Shown here in pieces: positions 49,871 through 62,814 of a DNA stretch of 64,000 nt. Position numbers and translations under genes: made by a program. The stretch is taken from positions 103,044,001 to 103,108,000 of the forward strand of contig OX597822.1 of the NCBI GenBank assembly GCA_951406725.2. The letters are read 5' to 3'. This stretch comes from Octopus vulgaris (lineage: Eukaryota). A model generated the notes under the pieces. The model searched no databases. It worked only from the letters and a program-made list of their open reading frames with translations, and was not told the origin of the DNA. Positions within the stretch are counted from its first letter, which is position 1, and every line of letters starts with the position of its first letter.

Positions 49871-51236
49871 ACACACATATATATGTATACATATATATGT
49901 ATGTTTACATATAGATATGTATGTATGAAAATATAAATGTGTATGTGTGTCTGTGTGTATGTATACACGTGTTTAAATACACACACACACATATATAGGG
50001 GAGGACAGTTGGATCAGTATATTTAGAACATACTTCCACAAATACAGAAGAATAATTTCTTTAAAATAAGAAATAAAGCTAAATTTCACAGAAGGTAAAT
50101 CAGCAAAGTAAAATTGTCTTGGCATAAATTCCCATGGAAGCACGAAGCAGTGAGAAAGTGGTTGATGGTTCTTATTATTGGTTTCGACAGCGTAAACACT
50201 TCCTTGTTATCGAGTGAATTAGCAATAGCTGCTGTGAATTCCTGCTAATAATTAACACCATTGCCAACCAAAGAAACCTGATAGGAATAGCAGTGTCAAA
50301 TAACTTCAATAGAAATGATCTGTAATTGATTACTGTGAATACCAAGAAAGTAATACACTTTCCAGGTGTATTTATGCCTATTGTTAGCTGTTCTATATAA
50401 TGGTACGCTTTTTATTGTATCTTTTAACATGTTTTTAAATATTAAACACACTGAAAAGATATATCATCATCATCATCATCATCATCATCGTTTAGCGTCC
50501 GCTTTCCATGCTAGCATGGGTTGGACGGTTCGACCGGGGATCTGGGAAGCCAGAAGGCTGCACCAGGCTCCAGTCTGATCTGGCAGTGTTTCTACAGCTG
50601 GATGCCCTTCCTAACGCCAACCACTCCGTGAGTGTAGTGGGTGCTTTTTACGTGCCACCCTGCACAGGTGCCAGATGAGGCTGGCAAATGGCCACGATTG
50701 GATGGTGCTTTTTACGTGCCATCGGCACAGAGACCAGACGATGCTTGCAACAGCCATGATCGGATACATATATAAATATATCAATGTATATATGCACATA
50801 TGTATGTGCATGTGTGTCTGTATATGAATATATATATATATATATATGATTACACACACACACACATGATTGGTGCCTCACTGGCCCCAGTGCCAGTGGA
50901 ACGTAAAAAGCACCATCCGAACGTGGTTGATGCCAGTACCTCTTGATTGGCTCCCGTGCCGGTAACATGTAAGAGCCACTATCTAAACATGATTGATGCC
51001 AGTGCCTCCTGAGTGGCTCCTGTGCCAGTGGCATGTAAAAAGCACCCGAGTGTTTGGCATTAGGAAGGGCATCAAGATTGGAGCCTGGTGCAGCCACAGG
51101 CTCTTCAGACCTCAGTCAAATGGTACAACCCATGCCAGCAGGGAAAACGGATGTTAAATGATGATGATGATGAGGATGATGATGATGATGATATATATAT
51201 ATGAATATATATGAACATACATATATCTATATGGAC

Positions 51237-51316
<80 letters not shown>

Positions 51317-51320
<4 letters not shown>

Positions 51321-51850
51321 AGATATCTCACGGAGAGTAAGGGCCGGATGGAAGGCGTTTAATGGCATAAGGGATGTGCTCAAGGGAAGGTTGGACAGGA
51401 CCACCCGCGCCAACCTCATTAACAGTGCAGTTCTGCCTGCAATGTTATATGGTAGTGAAACATGGGCTACCACAAAGAGAGAAGAGCAAAGATTGGTAAC
51501 GGCTCAAAGAGCCATGGAAAGGTCAATGCTTGGTATCTCGTTGAGAGAGAGCACATCAGTAGCGAGATCATCAGAAAGAAGTCCGGCGTGAGAGATGTCA
51601 TCGTAGAATATACACGCAGCAAGTATAGATGGGCTGGACACGTCGCCCGACTCACCGATAATTGGTGGACCCACGCAGTTGTCGAGTGGTACCCACGCAA
51701 GTGGAAAAGACCACCCGGAAAACCTCCACGACGGTGGAGTTACGATTTCAGGAGGACGATTGGGATCACGTGGATGAGAAAGATGCGATCTAGAGAGGAG
51801 TGGACAGAGTGCTGTGACCAGCGGTGTCAAATGGACGCCTGACGGACTGG
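51317..51850 (+). pseudogene. RTE LINE C-terminal fragment (another lineage)
   Basis: [55 protein letters not shown]; frameshift ~51550; (TA)n flanks. Confidence 0.88.
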
Positions 51851-52032
51851 TCGGTCAAGGTGATGAAGGTGATATATATATTATATATATATGTATCTAT
51901 ATGAACACACATATATATATATATATGGGGATCTGGCATGACTGCAGCTGCATGGCTGAAACGAGTAAAAGAATAAAAAAATACACACACACACACATCA
52001 AATGAAAGTGATAATGATGATGATGATATATA

Positions 52033-52070
<38 letters not shown>

Positions 52071-52399
52071 AATATATATATGATATCCGATCATGGCCAT
52101 TGCCAGCCTTGCCTGGCCTCCGTGCTGCTGGCACGTAAAAAGCACCCACTACACTCATGGAGTGGTTGGCATTAGGAAGGGCATCCAGCCGTAGAAACAT
52201 TGCCAGATCAGACTGGGCCTGGTGCAGCCTTCTGGCTTCTCAGACCCCAGTTGCACCGTCCAACCCATGCCAGCATGGAAAATGGACATTAAATGATGAT
52301 GATGATGATGATATAGAGGAGCTACAGACTGTGGACACAGAGGGTAACTGGAAATTCCTATGGGTCAGCTTACTGAGCACCAGAGACTGAATCTGTGGC

Positions 52400-54560
52400 T
52401 GGTGCAAAGTCCCCCTCCAGACCTAGAGTAACGTGGTGGTGAAATGATACAGTAGATAAGGCTATTAGAGCAAAGAAACAGGCCCTGGAAAGCCTGGAAG
52501 AGTGAGGGTAGCAGGGAACTGTACCAGATAGCCAGAAGGGAACCTGGGTGACAGATATGTTGTCAAGGCTCTCCCAATTAACTCTATCAGGTGTTGGTTT
52601 GTAAGGAATACCCGATGTTTCGACTTCACAAACTTCATTACAGAGTACAATGATTCATAGCAGTATGTTGTGCGGAAAATTGAGATGAGTTGCACACTAG
52701 TTTTCTTCAGTTTAGGATATTTTCATTTCTGGAACTTGTTTCCAGAACTCAATTCTAGACTGGGATTTATGGATTGTCTTTAGACCCATGTCCTCCTGTA
52801 ATTCCATTAGTTCCATTTTCACAGCAGATGATTCCATAACCAGAGGTTTGAGAATTGGACACCCATCATTGTCCACATCAACCATAAATGGATTTACAAG
52901 AAAAGCAAAGCAGGGATTCAGCTACCACATGTCATCAAACCTGACTAGGAAATTGTCAAGCAGTCCTTGAGATTTATCTTTGTATTCTTCCAGTTTGTGG
53001 TCTTTTATTTCAATATCAGGGAAGGAATTTACTTTCCTTCTGAGATTGGGAAAGTGACAATATGTCTCTTTGAAAAACTCTTATTTTATTCTGAAAGCTG
53101 GAAATTGTCTGAGTAAGATCAGAACCAAACTTATTCTTCCCCTGGAGTGCCAAGTTGGGAGTTTGTAGATGATTCTTTATATCAGTAAGGAACATCAGAT
53201 CTTGCATCCATTCATCATTTTCCAGTTGAGGACGGGATCTTTTCTTTTCTTTAAGAAAAGCAATAATAGGCTCCAATAGATTAACAAAACCTACTCAAGA
53301 CATTACTGATTGACAGCCACCTCACAATGCTGTAGAAAGAGACATCACTGGGTTTATCTTCAAGCTCCAGCTCTTCAATAAGTCAGTTAAGGTGAGACAG
53401 TGTCACGTGACAACTTGCTGGGGCTACCTGCTGGAGCCTAGCGACAGGTATTTAAAGGGAAAAATTTGACAAGTCAGTCAGTCACCGGCTGATACTCGCT
53501 GACGCTACATCGAAGAGGCCAAGGAACAGAAGAAAGAAGACATGCACCCAACACCAGAGCTGAAGACACCTCCGAAAGAGGGGGCCCTGCCATGTCAAAA
53601 CGGTAGAGGAGTAGGGGCCGAAACCGGACGTGGTTTCTCCTGATGATGTCTTGAGCTTACTGGGTCCTATAAAGGAGCTGTTGTGGTAGCAGACCACGAA
53701 ACACGGTTGTAATTCCTCTGAACTGTCGGTGAGTCTTCCCATTTAAGCGTATCAAATTGACAATTTCAAGAACAGATTTCATAACATTTTCATACTTGAA
53801 GTATCTGGCCATCAGGTGTTCATGTTGAACAATGCTATGAAGAGGGAGAAACTCTGGAAAGCTGGGATCATTTTTCATAAGTGCAATTAATTCTCCATTT
53901 TTTCCCCACCTTTGCAGGTGCTTCATTTGTTGCAACACTGATGAGTTTATTCTGTGGAACATCAATCAGCATTTCTTAAGGTTCTGTCAAGAGCATTTTT
54001 AATGTCAACATCATGAGTTGTTTAATGCCACTAAGTCCAACATCTCTTCCTTCACAGTTACATCAGAAGAGACATAAGGAATAAATACTGCCAGTTGTGG
54101 GTTGTCTTGTATGTCTGCTGATTCATCAAGGGTTAAGCTGAATGCAAGAGAATTTTTAAAATCATTGTGCATTTTGCTTGCAAAATCAGCACTGATCTGA
54201 GATATGCCTCTCTGTAGTGTGGGGTGAAACTGGTGTTTGTGCTTATTAGTCACTGAAATCTTGTGTTATTTGGACCTAAGACTGATACAACTTCAGCTAT
54301 ATTCTTTTAAACAAATTTGCCATTAGAATATGGGCTTTTAGCACGAGCAATATTCCATGACATAACAAAACTGGCTTCAATGATTTTAACACAGTTAACC
54401 TGTTTTTCCTTAATTCTGATTCAGTTGGATAGTCATAGGAAAAGCTTTTGTGATTTATTTCATTGTAGCATTTCAAGTTACTGGCTTTGTAATGACTGAG
54501 TGAGACATGGTAACAATCCAATTATGTAACTCTGCACTTATCAGAGCAGTTGCCATTCTT
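52400..54560 (-). pseudogene. decayed hAT (SPIN/Charlie, GTF2IRD2-like) transposase
   Basis: FSLTLDESADIQD..QLAVFI, LH.IVQHEHL, LMFLTDI..HLQ..NLALQGK, TTYCYESLYSVMKFVKSKHR..LT..HL. Confidence 0.85.
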
Positions 54561-55446
54561 CATTCCATGACAGCTACCTCTGATGAGTGCAGGGTTACAT
54601 AATCAGATTGTTACCTAACACTCCAATGATTCCCTTGTGCGAAACTGATTGGTAAGATTGGTCATAATGGATATATAATACTGTACATTTTGGATAATAT
54701 ACCCACTCTTTTGACAGATATACTAATGCATTTTTTCCTGACTTATGGACTCTTAGACGACTTACACACAAACACACACACACACACAAATATAATCTCT
54801 TTGTCATTTTAACTTTCACTTTTCCAAGCTTGCATAGGTCAGATGACATTTATTGAGGTAGTTTTTCCATGGTCAAAAGCCTTTCTTATTACCAACCCTC
54901 ACCTGTTTACAAGCAAAATAGTATTTCTCCATGACCAGACATGCTTCTCCAGAATATTTGAAATAAATGACACCACTTATATATATATCAGTTGAATAAA
55001 GAATGCAGAATATGCCAGTTGGTGCACAACTGAGGCAGCGAATGAACATGCAAGGGCATATACATGAGTGCAAGAGAAAATCCTGCAGCTGTGGAATAAC
55101 CTGTGGTGAGTGAGTGTTTGTATTCTCAATCCATAATATCAGCAAAAGTTTTCTTTCAGGATTGCATTTTGTTTGAAATGCCTTGAAAAGAGTGCAGAAG
55201 GGAATTGTGTCTGGCGTTACTGTCGTGGACATTTGCTAGGATTAGTCAGAACGATGACAGTGTGGCATGTTGGCGTACTGAGGGATAGGAATTGCGTTGC
55301 AGTGTATTTATGTGTTGTGATCCTGAATTTTGTAGGGGATGTATGGCACGCGGTCCTGAGAATAGAGTTTCAATTCTTTAAAGCAGTCTCAATAATTGAG
55401 ATCAGTCATGTCCTTAATTCTTTTAGTGAATGCTCTTTGGGATGAT

Positions 55447-55959
55447 TCAATTCTCAAAATGTTTTGTTTTGTGTGGAGAGACCACAGGGGGGCAGCAGTA
55501 TTCTAGGTGTGGCCATACAAAGGAGGAGAAAAGAGGAATGCTGACATCTTGTTCTCTGGATTGGAAGGCTCTTGGGATCCAGGAGCTCATCTTATGAGCT
55601 ATATTGCCTTTATTGTTGATGTGGGCACTCCAGCTGAGATTGTTGTCAACAATTACTCTTAGATATCTGATATCATTAGATGCTGTGAATGGTTTCCCTG
55701 AAAGAAGAGAATATGGTTGTTTTAGCACAGTCTTTTTTCCAAAATGCATCGGCTCAAATTTTCCCTTGTTTTGTTGCATTTTGTTTTTTCTGTCCATTGA
55801 TTCACAGCATGTAGATCAGACTGGAGTTCAGTTCAGTCTTCTTCTCCATTGATAATTTTCTGGAGCTTGGAGTCATTGGTGAATATTTTCACTTCGCTGT
55901 GTTTGATAGTGCTTGAAATGTCATATAGACTATAGATAGCAGCAAGCCCAAGACAGTCC

Positions 55960-55960
<1 letters not shown>
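55447..55960 (-). pseudogene. CR1/Jockey-group RT fragment
   Basis: IFTNDSKL (decayed FADD), IRYL.VIVDNNLSWSAHI, FV.PHLEYCCP. Confidence 0.72.
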
Positions 55961-56011
<51 letters not shown>

Positions 56012-56294
56012 ACCACGTGACCGACCAGACCATCAGATGTTGTTACACATCGCTGGTCACAATGCGTTCGCATTGTTTTAGCCTTTGAATGATGCCACCC
56101 CGCTGGCTAAGCGAGCAGGCCGACAGAAGAAAGAGTGGTGAAAGAGTACAGCAGGGATCACCACCCCTGCCGGAGCCTCGTGGAGCTTTCAGGTGTTTTC
56201 GTTCAATAAACACTCACAACGCCCGGTCTTGGAATCGAAACCGCAATCCTGCAACTGCGAGTCCGCTGCCCTAACCACTAGGCCATTGCGCCTC

Positions 56295-56385
<91 letters not shown>

Positions 56386-56405
56386 ATATATATAACATAT
56401 ACATA

Positions 56406-57635
56406 CAGTATAGTAGGATCAGTTGGGCATTGTTTGTGGGGAAAAACATCACCACAACACAATTCACTCTGCCAGAAATTTGGAAATGACAGGCTGTATT
56501 GCTTGGCATTCATGCTGGAAGTTCCAATACAAACATTTCAGAGTGTTTGGGTGACAATCTGAGGACAATGCAGAAGATTTGGAAAAAGTTGGATGAGTCT
56601 AATGGTAGTTATGAAGGTAGAACAGCTTAGAAAACTCACTCTGATTGTTCTGATAAGAAAAGAACTGAATTTCTTAGTGAAATCCAGGCCATGATTGACA
56701 ATGGTCCCTTCAAGTCAATCAGGTCCATCACTAGGGACATGGGAGTGTCTGAGTTTCTTAGCAGGCAGGTAGTGCATGAAGACATTCAGTATTCCTCATA
56801 CAGACGGGAAAAGGCCAACTTTTATCACAAGCCATCAAGGAGAAGAGGAAAGACCACCCTACGAAGCTTTGAACAAACTCAAGCATCCTCTCCAACTGAA
56901 CATGTTTTGGTTTTTTTCTTAGATGCGAATAAATTTCTGCCAGGATCAGATGGTAAACACACAGACCAACTGGTGGCTTGCCGTGTCCCCAAAACATGTA
57001 CTGAGAGAGATAAAAATCAAACATCCGGTCAACATCATGGTGTTGGAGTGATCACTAGTGATGGCAACATTATGCCTCCACCTATTTTCCCACACAGCCT
57101 CAGACTCAACACAGGGGCCTACATCAAGTGCCTGGAGGAGGTAGTGCTGCCCTGGGTCAAAAGAATGGCTGCTGGCAACAGGACTCTGCCTGACTATGTC
57201 TGGCAACAGGACTCTGCACCATGCCACACAAGCAGGAGAACCCAGTCATGGTTGTCAGACAATTTCTGAAACCACATCACCCCTAACATTTGGCCACTTA
57301 ACTCCTCAGACTGCAACTCCCTTGATTATTATGTGTAGGGTGCAGTTAAGTGAGAGACCAACAAAACTCCTTGTAACAGCAAAGATGAACTGAAGGCAAT
57401 GATTATGGCAGCATTCACCAACTTAAACAAGGAGACCGTCCAGAAGAGTTGCAGGAGATTCCGAAGTCATCTTGAGACTGTGGTCGAAGCCAATGGCGAT
57501 TTTATTGTATAAATTCACTCTTTAGTATTTCAAGATATTTTAATGTGATTTTGGTAAATGTATCTGTTAAAATGAGATGTCAGTATTATTTTCATTTTTG
57601 CGTAATTTAGACGACAGTTTAGTCACCACACTCTG
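56406..57635 (+). mobile_element. decayed Tc1/mariner-superfamily transposon
   Basis: KSIRSITRDMGVSE, YIKCLEEVVLPWVK, YVWQQDSAPCHTSRRTQSWL, WP.NS.DCN.LDYYV; several frameshifts and stops. Confidence 0.85.
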
Positions 57636-57781
57636 TATATCATCATCATCATCGTTTAACGTCCGCTTTCCATGCTAGCATGGGTTGGACGGTTCAACTG
57701 GGGTCTGGGGAGCCCGAAGGCTGCACCAGGCCAGTCAGATCTGGCAGTGTTTCTACAGCTGGATGCCCTTCCTAACGCAAC

Positions 57782-57862
<81 letters not shown>

Positions 57863-57894
57863 ATAAATATATAATAATAATCATAATAATAATG

Positions 57895-57942
<48 letters not shown>

Positions 57943-57971
57943 TAATGATAATAATAATAATAATAATAATA

Positions 57972-58027
<56 letters not shown>

Positions 58028-58031
58028 GATG

Positions 58032-58092
<61 letters not shown>

Positions 58093-59009
58093 GAGTTGCA
58101 GGGAAAGTTGTCTGGAGGCTGTAGTTGTCCAACCTATGCCAGTATGGGAAGCAGACATTGAATAATGATGATGATGAGAAATATATATAGTGACTGAGAG
58201 GGAGAGGAGTTAGATAGATAGATAGATATTTATGTGTGAGTATATCGTCGTTGTTGTCGTCGTCGTCGTCGTCATCGTCATCATCATCATCATCATCACC
58301 ACCACCACCACCATTATTATTATTATTAGTTTTATTATCATCATTATTTTTATTATTATTTTGTGTCCTTTTCTTTTGTGTAACTTCAATTCTTAATCTA
58401 TCTCTGACATTTCAAGAATGAAAGAATATATTATTATCTAAGTTCTATTTTCTGAAATTATTGATTCACACCTTAATATTAAGAGAATTGTTCATACTTG
58501 TTCACAAAGAATGGTAGAAGTAAAAGATTATTGAAAATATCTTGCAAAATATAATTAGGAATTAAGAAAAAAACCCCCACCAAAACCAAAAATAATTAGG
58601 AACTACAATATTATTAATAAATGCAAAATTATTAAAAAAATATAATTAACAATATCAAAAATCACTTCAAAATTCCAGCTGAAAATGACCAAAAATAAGT
58701 GAAATGAGATCTATTTATCATTTAACATTTTATCAATGAAATCTTAGATTTGTACAAGGTAGCCATGGTGAAGTAAGTTTTACACCTTCAGTATATGTCT
58801 ATGATGATGTTTGAATTATATATTATCAAGGTACAGGCATGGCTGTGTGGTTTAGAAGTTCATTTTTCAACCTCATGGATTTGGGTTTAGTTTCATTGCA
58901 TGGCAACATGGGCAAGTGCTTTCTAATATAGCTCCGGTTTGATAAAAAAAACAACTTGTGAATGGATATGGTAGAAAAAAATTGAAAGAAGCCCATTGTG
59001 TGTGTGTGT

Positions 59010-59770
59010 TAAACATCAGGAATGTACAAAAAGAAATAGACTCCCTCAAATGTTAGGAGGGATCCTTAGAAGTAGTAGACAGGTTCTTATTTCTTTATTG
59101 CTCACAAGGGGCTAAACATAGAGGGGACAAACAAGGACAGACAAAGGGATTAAGTCGATGACATCGACCCCAGTGCGTAACTGGTACTTAATTTATCGAC
59201 CCCGAAAGGATGAAAGGCAAAGTCGACCTTGGCAGAATTTGAACTAAGAATGTAACAGCAGACAAAATACTGCTAAGCATTTCACCCGGGTTCTGTTACT
59301 TAGGTGACCAAGTTACTAATGGGGGAAGTTGTTCTGAAAGCATAGCTGCTAGAATAAGAATAGGTTACGTGAAGTTCAGAGAGCTACTACCTCTGTTAGT
59401 AACAAAGGACTTCTTCCTTAGAGTCAAAGGCAGGTTGTATGATGCCCATGGCAGTGAGACATGGGCTGTGGCTATTCAGGATATACAAATTTTTGAAAGA
59501 AATGAAGCCAATCTGCTCTGCTGGATGGGCAGTGTCAGTGTACACATATGACAGAGTGTAAATGATTTGAGAGAAAAATTGGGTCTACAAGGCATTAAAT
59601 GTAGTGTGCAAGAGAGGACTGCACTGGTTTGGCCATGTAATGTGTATGAATGAAGACAGTTGTGGCCGTGTAATGTGTATGAATGAAGAGAGTTGCACTA
59701 AGAAGTGCCAATCTCTAATTGCACAGGGAACATGTGGAAGGGGTAAACCCAGGTAGATGTGGAATGAAGT
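59010..59770 (+). pseudogene. old RTE LINE fragment related to 21990-22500, split by a SINE C copy
   Basis: KFRELLPLLVTK...RVKGRLYDA..HGSETWAV; ggttct repeated either side of the SINE. Confidence 0.8.
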
Positions 59771-60127
59771 GGATTTGGTAAATGGAAACTAAAAGAAGCC
59801 TGCCTCCCCACCTCACCACAATATCACACCACACTACACCATACAACATTACACATCACATCACAAAACACCACCCACACCCACACATACATACATACAC
59901 ATGTCCAGACCACCAGCCCTCTTTCACACGCACATACATACTCTCTTATACACACACGCACCTTTGCGTTGGGGGCACCTTCGTTTTGGAAGTCACTTGA
60001 CCCTGTTATCTCCCCTACTGTTCCTCTAGCATCTGACCTTCGACCTCTGCCCGAAGTCAGAACGCCATGATAGATCGTTAGCTCCTACACGCAATTTTTT
60101 TCTCTCCTTGTTTTTTTCTTCTGTGTA

Positions 60128-60165
60128 TCTTTCTGTCGAAGAGCGTAGGCTCGAAACGTAAAAGA
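60128..60165 (+). ncRNA. minimal type I hammerhead-like fold with variant core (CUGUCGA)
   Basis: UCUUU-CUGUCGA-A-GAGC(GUAG)GCUC-GAAA-CGU-A-AAAGA; stems I and II intact, palindromic ACGU stem III. Confidence 0.6.
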
Positions 60166-60261
60166 CTTGTTCTATTTCTATTCCTGAGCGCCATACTAAT
60201 ACATTTGTTTGTTTGTACTCCACCTGCCTTCGTCTTTTGCTTATTTTTGTAAACTTACCCG

Positions 60262-60305
<44 letters not shown>

Positions 60306-60356
60306 TTCGAGACAAAACCACTATTTTGCAAAACAAACAAAGAAAGACTTAAACCG

Positions 60357-60399
60357 CCACTACAATCGTTTCATGTCTTCAATGACATTCGTCAGGTGG
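60357..60399 (-). ncRNA. minimal type I hammerhead ribozyme (canonical core)
   Basis: CCAC-CUGACGA-AUGUC(AUUGAA)GACAU-GAAA-CGAUUGU-A-GUGG; predicted cleavage after GUA (60361). Confidence 0.78.
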
Positions 60400-60544
60400 A
60401 TTTACGATCTCCTAATCTGTTGTAATTTATGAAGTCATTATGAAGTCGAATTAATATTATATAATATTTTACTATAAAATTGGATTTAATCCTAAGTCTG
60501 ATTTTTTCCCTGTAAATTTGGATTTATTCCCTAATATTTATTAT

Positions 60545-60592
<48 letters not shown>

Positions 60593-62139
60593 ATATAGGC
60601 AATGACTAGTGACCGAGACCTTTGGATATATGATGTGCTTGAGAAGACCTGGCAAGCCAAGTGAGACCATAAATCATGGCCTATGCCAGGGGCATAACCA
60701 GCCCACTTATGCATACCTATCCTTCAATTGGACACTAAACTCTGCTTGCGAAGACCTGTTGAGGCAAGTGAAATCGAAATCAAAGTTAAATTTGATGACT
60801 GTCATCCGTGCTAGTGAATATTGACATTTTTAATATATTCAAGGTATCAATATTTGGTCTGACTATAAGGTGGCAAGCTGGCAGAAACATTAGCACGCCA
60901 GACGAAATGCTTAGCGGTAATTCGTCTGCTGTTACGTTCTGAGTTCAAATCCTGCCGAGATCGACTTTGCCTTTCATCCTTTCGGGGTCGATTAAAGAAG
61001 TACCAGTTACGCACTGGGGTCAATATAATCGACTTAATCCGTTTGTCTGTCCTTGTTGGTCCTCTCTGTGTTTAGCCCCTTGTGGGTAGTAAAGAAATAG
61101 ATATTTCGTCTGCCATTACGTTCTGAGTTCAAATTCCGCCGAGGTCGACTTTGCCTTTCATCCTTTCAGGGTCAATAATTAAGTACCAGTTACGCACTGG
61201 GGGTTGATGTAATCAACTTAATCCCTTTGAATATCCTTGTTTGTCCTCTCTTGTTTAGCCCCTGGTGGGCAATAAAAAAAATAAGAAACGTTAGCATGGC
61301 AGGCAAAATACTTAGCAGTATTTCGTCTGTCTTTACATTCTGAGTTCAAATTCTGCTGAGGTTGACTTTACCTTTCATCCTTTCGGGGTCGATAAATTAA
61401 GTACCATTTGTGTACTGAGGTTGATCTAATCAATTGGCCCCCTCCCCCAAAATTTCGGACCTTGTGCCTAGAACAGAATAGAAAAGAAAAGAAAAGAAAA
61501 GAATATTTGGTTTGACTTTATCATTATATATTATACAACTCCATGCCACAAGCAAACCAGTCCATTTTTTGCACAGATATTCTAAAAAGGATTTGGAGTG
61601 GTTTCTTCTACTGGACCTGAGTCTAAAAAATTTGGTAAAGTGCATTGCTTCTAAGCATAATGGCATATATATATATAAATATATATCATGAAGAATCCAA
61701 ATGTGATGATGCATTGGAGAAATGAATGAGTGAAAAACAATATTGATTGCTTATTAAAAATGGCCACTTATTTATAGCCTTGTATTGATCCTTACAGTGT
61801 TGAAGATAACTTCTTATAGTTGTTTGTTATTGCAAACAGATTATCTTTGGGTCTATTCTTCATTGCATATGTCAGCTTCATCTGTGAATTACTACTACTA
61901 AAAAGAGAGAAAGTAATGAAATCTAGGGAAGAAGAGAGGGTGATAGATCTACTCTTGTGCATTGATCAGAATACTGAGAGAGCTGTGCTTCATGGCTGGA
62001 CACTGTGTGGCCAAAGACGAGGAGCTGGCTTCTGGTTGTGTATTTATATTCTTCGTATAGAGGATTTCTCCTCTCTAATCAGCTTTGGTTGATGAATGCT
62101 TTTAGAAAGACCAAGAGGTTGGCTTATTCTGTCATCCTG

Positions 62140-62814
62140 TACTCTCCTTGTTGCTATCGAAATGGTATATGCTGGCTGTGTGAGCAAGTAGTTGTTTTAA
62201 TGGTGGAACAAACAGGGGAATTCCATTGGAAAAAGTTTTAATCGGTTTTTGCAGTAACTATGGGGGCTATGAAAAAAATCCAAAGCGCATTCCAATCTAT
62301 GTACCTGTCTCCACATTTCACGCGAATCCACCCAGCCATTTGGCTGTGAACCTCAAGACAAGAAAGAATGCAACGATCACCCATGTCCAATTTATATTAT
62401 ATACTAGCAGCTAAGCCCAGTTTCACCCGGTCTGTTTGGATAATGTGGGTGTGTTCATTTTCAGTTAGGTATAATCTATAACAACATTTTTCAACCTTAT
62501 CATTTCGGGTCCCCTGTTTCGATTGGAGCCTCCAGCTGTATGAAAATTTCCTGACCCCACCCTGTCAGAAAACAGCTTCTAAGCAACTGGTTGTTTTAAT
62601 GGCGGAAGAAAGAGGGAAATTCCATTACAAAAAAATTTCATCGATTTTCTTGGTAATTATGGGGGTTAGGGAAAAACTACAAACCGCATTCCAATCTATG
62701 CACCCGTCCCCACATGTGTGCCATTTTTCACGCAAATCCACCCAGCCGTTTGACTGTGAACCTCAAGACAAGAAAGAATATAACGATCGCCCATGTCTAA
62801 TTTATATTATAGAT
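62140..62814 (-). mobile_element. Helitron-like element with head-to-tail partial duplication
   Basis: actag at 62403, aatttatattatagat end at ~62814; 62190-62401 repeats 62590-62811. Confidence 0.6.

Noticed and set aside
53615-53712. Hammerhead from CTGATGA and nearby GAAAC
   Set aside because: Could not form stems I and II or place an NUH site consistently
52400-54560. Domesticated GTF2IRD2/EPM2AIP1-like host gene
   Set aside because: Many stops, frameshifts and an insertion indicate a dead transposon
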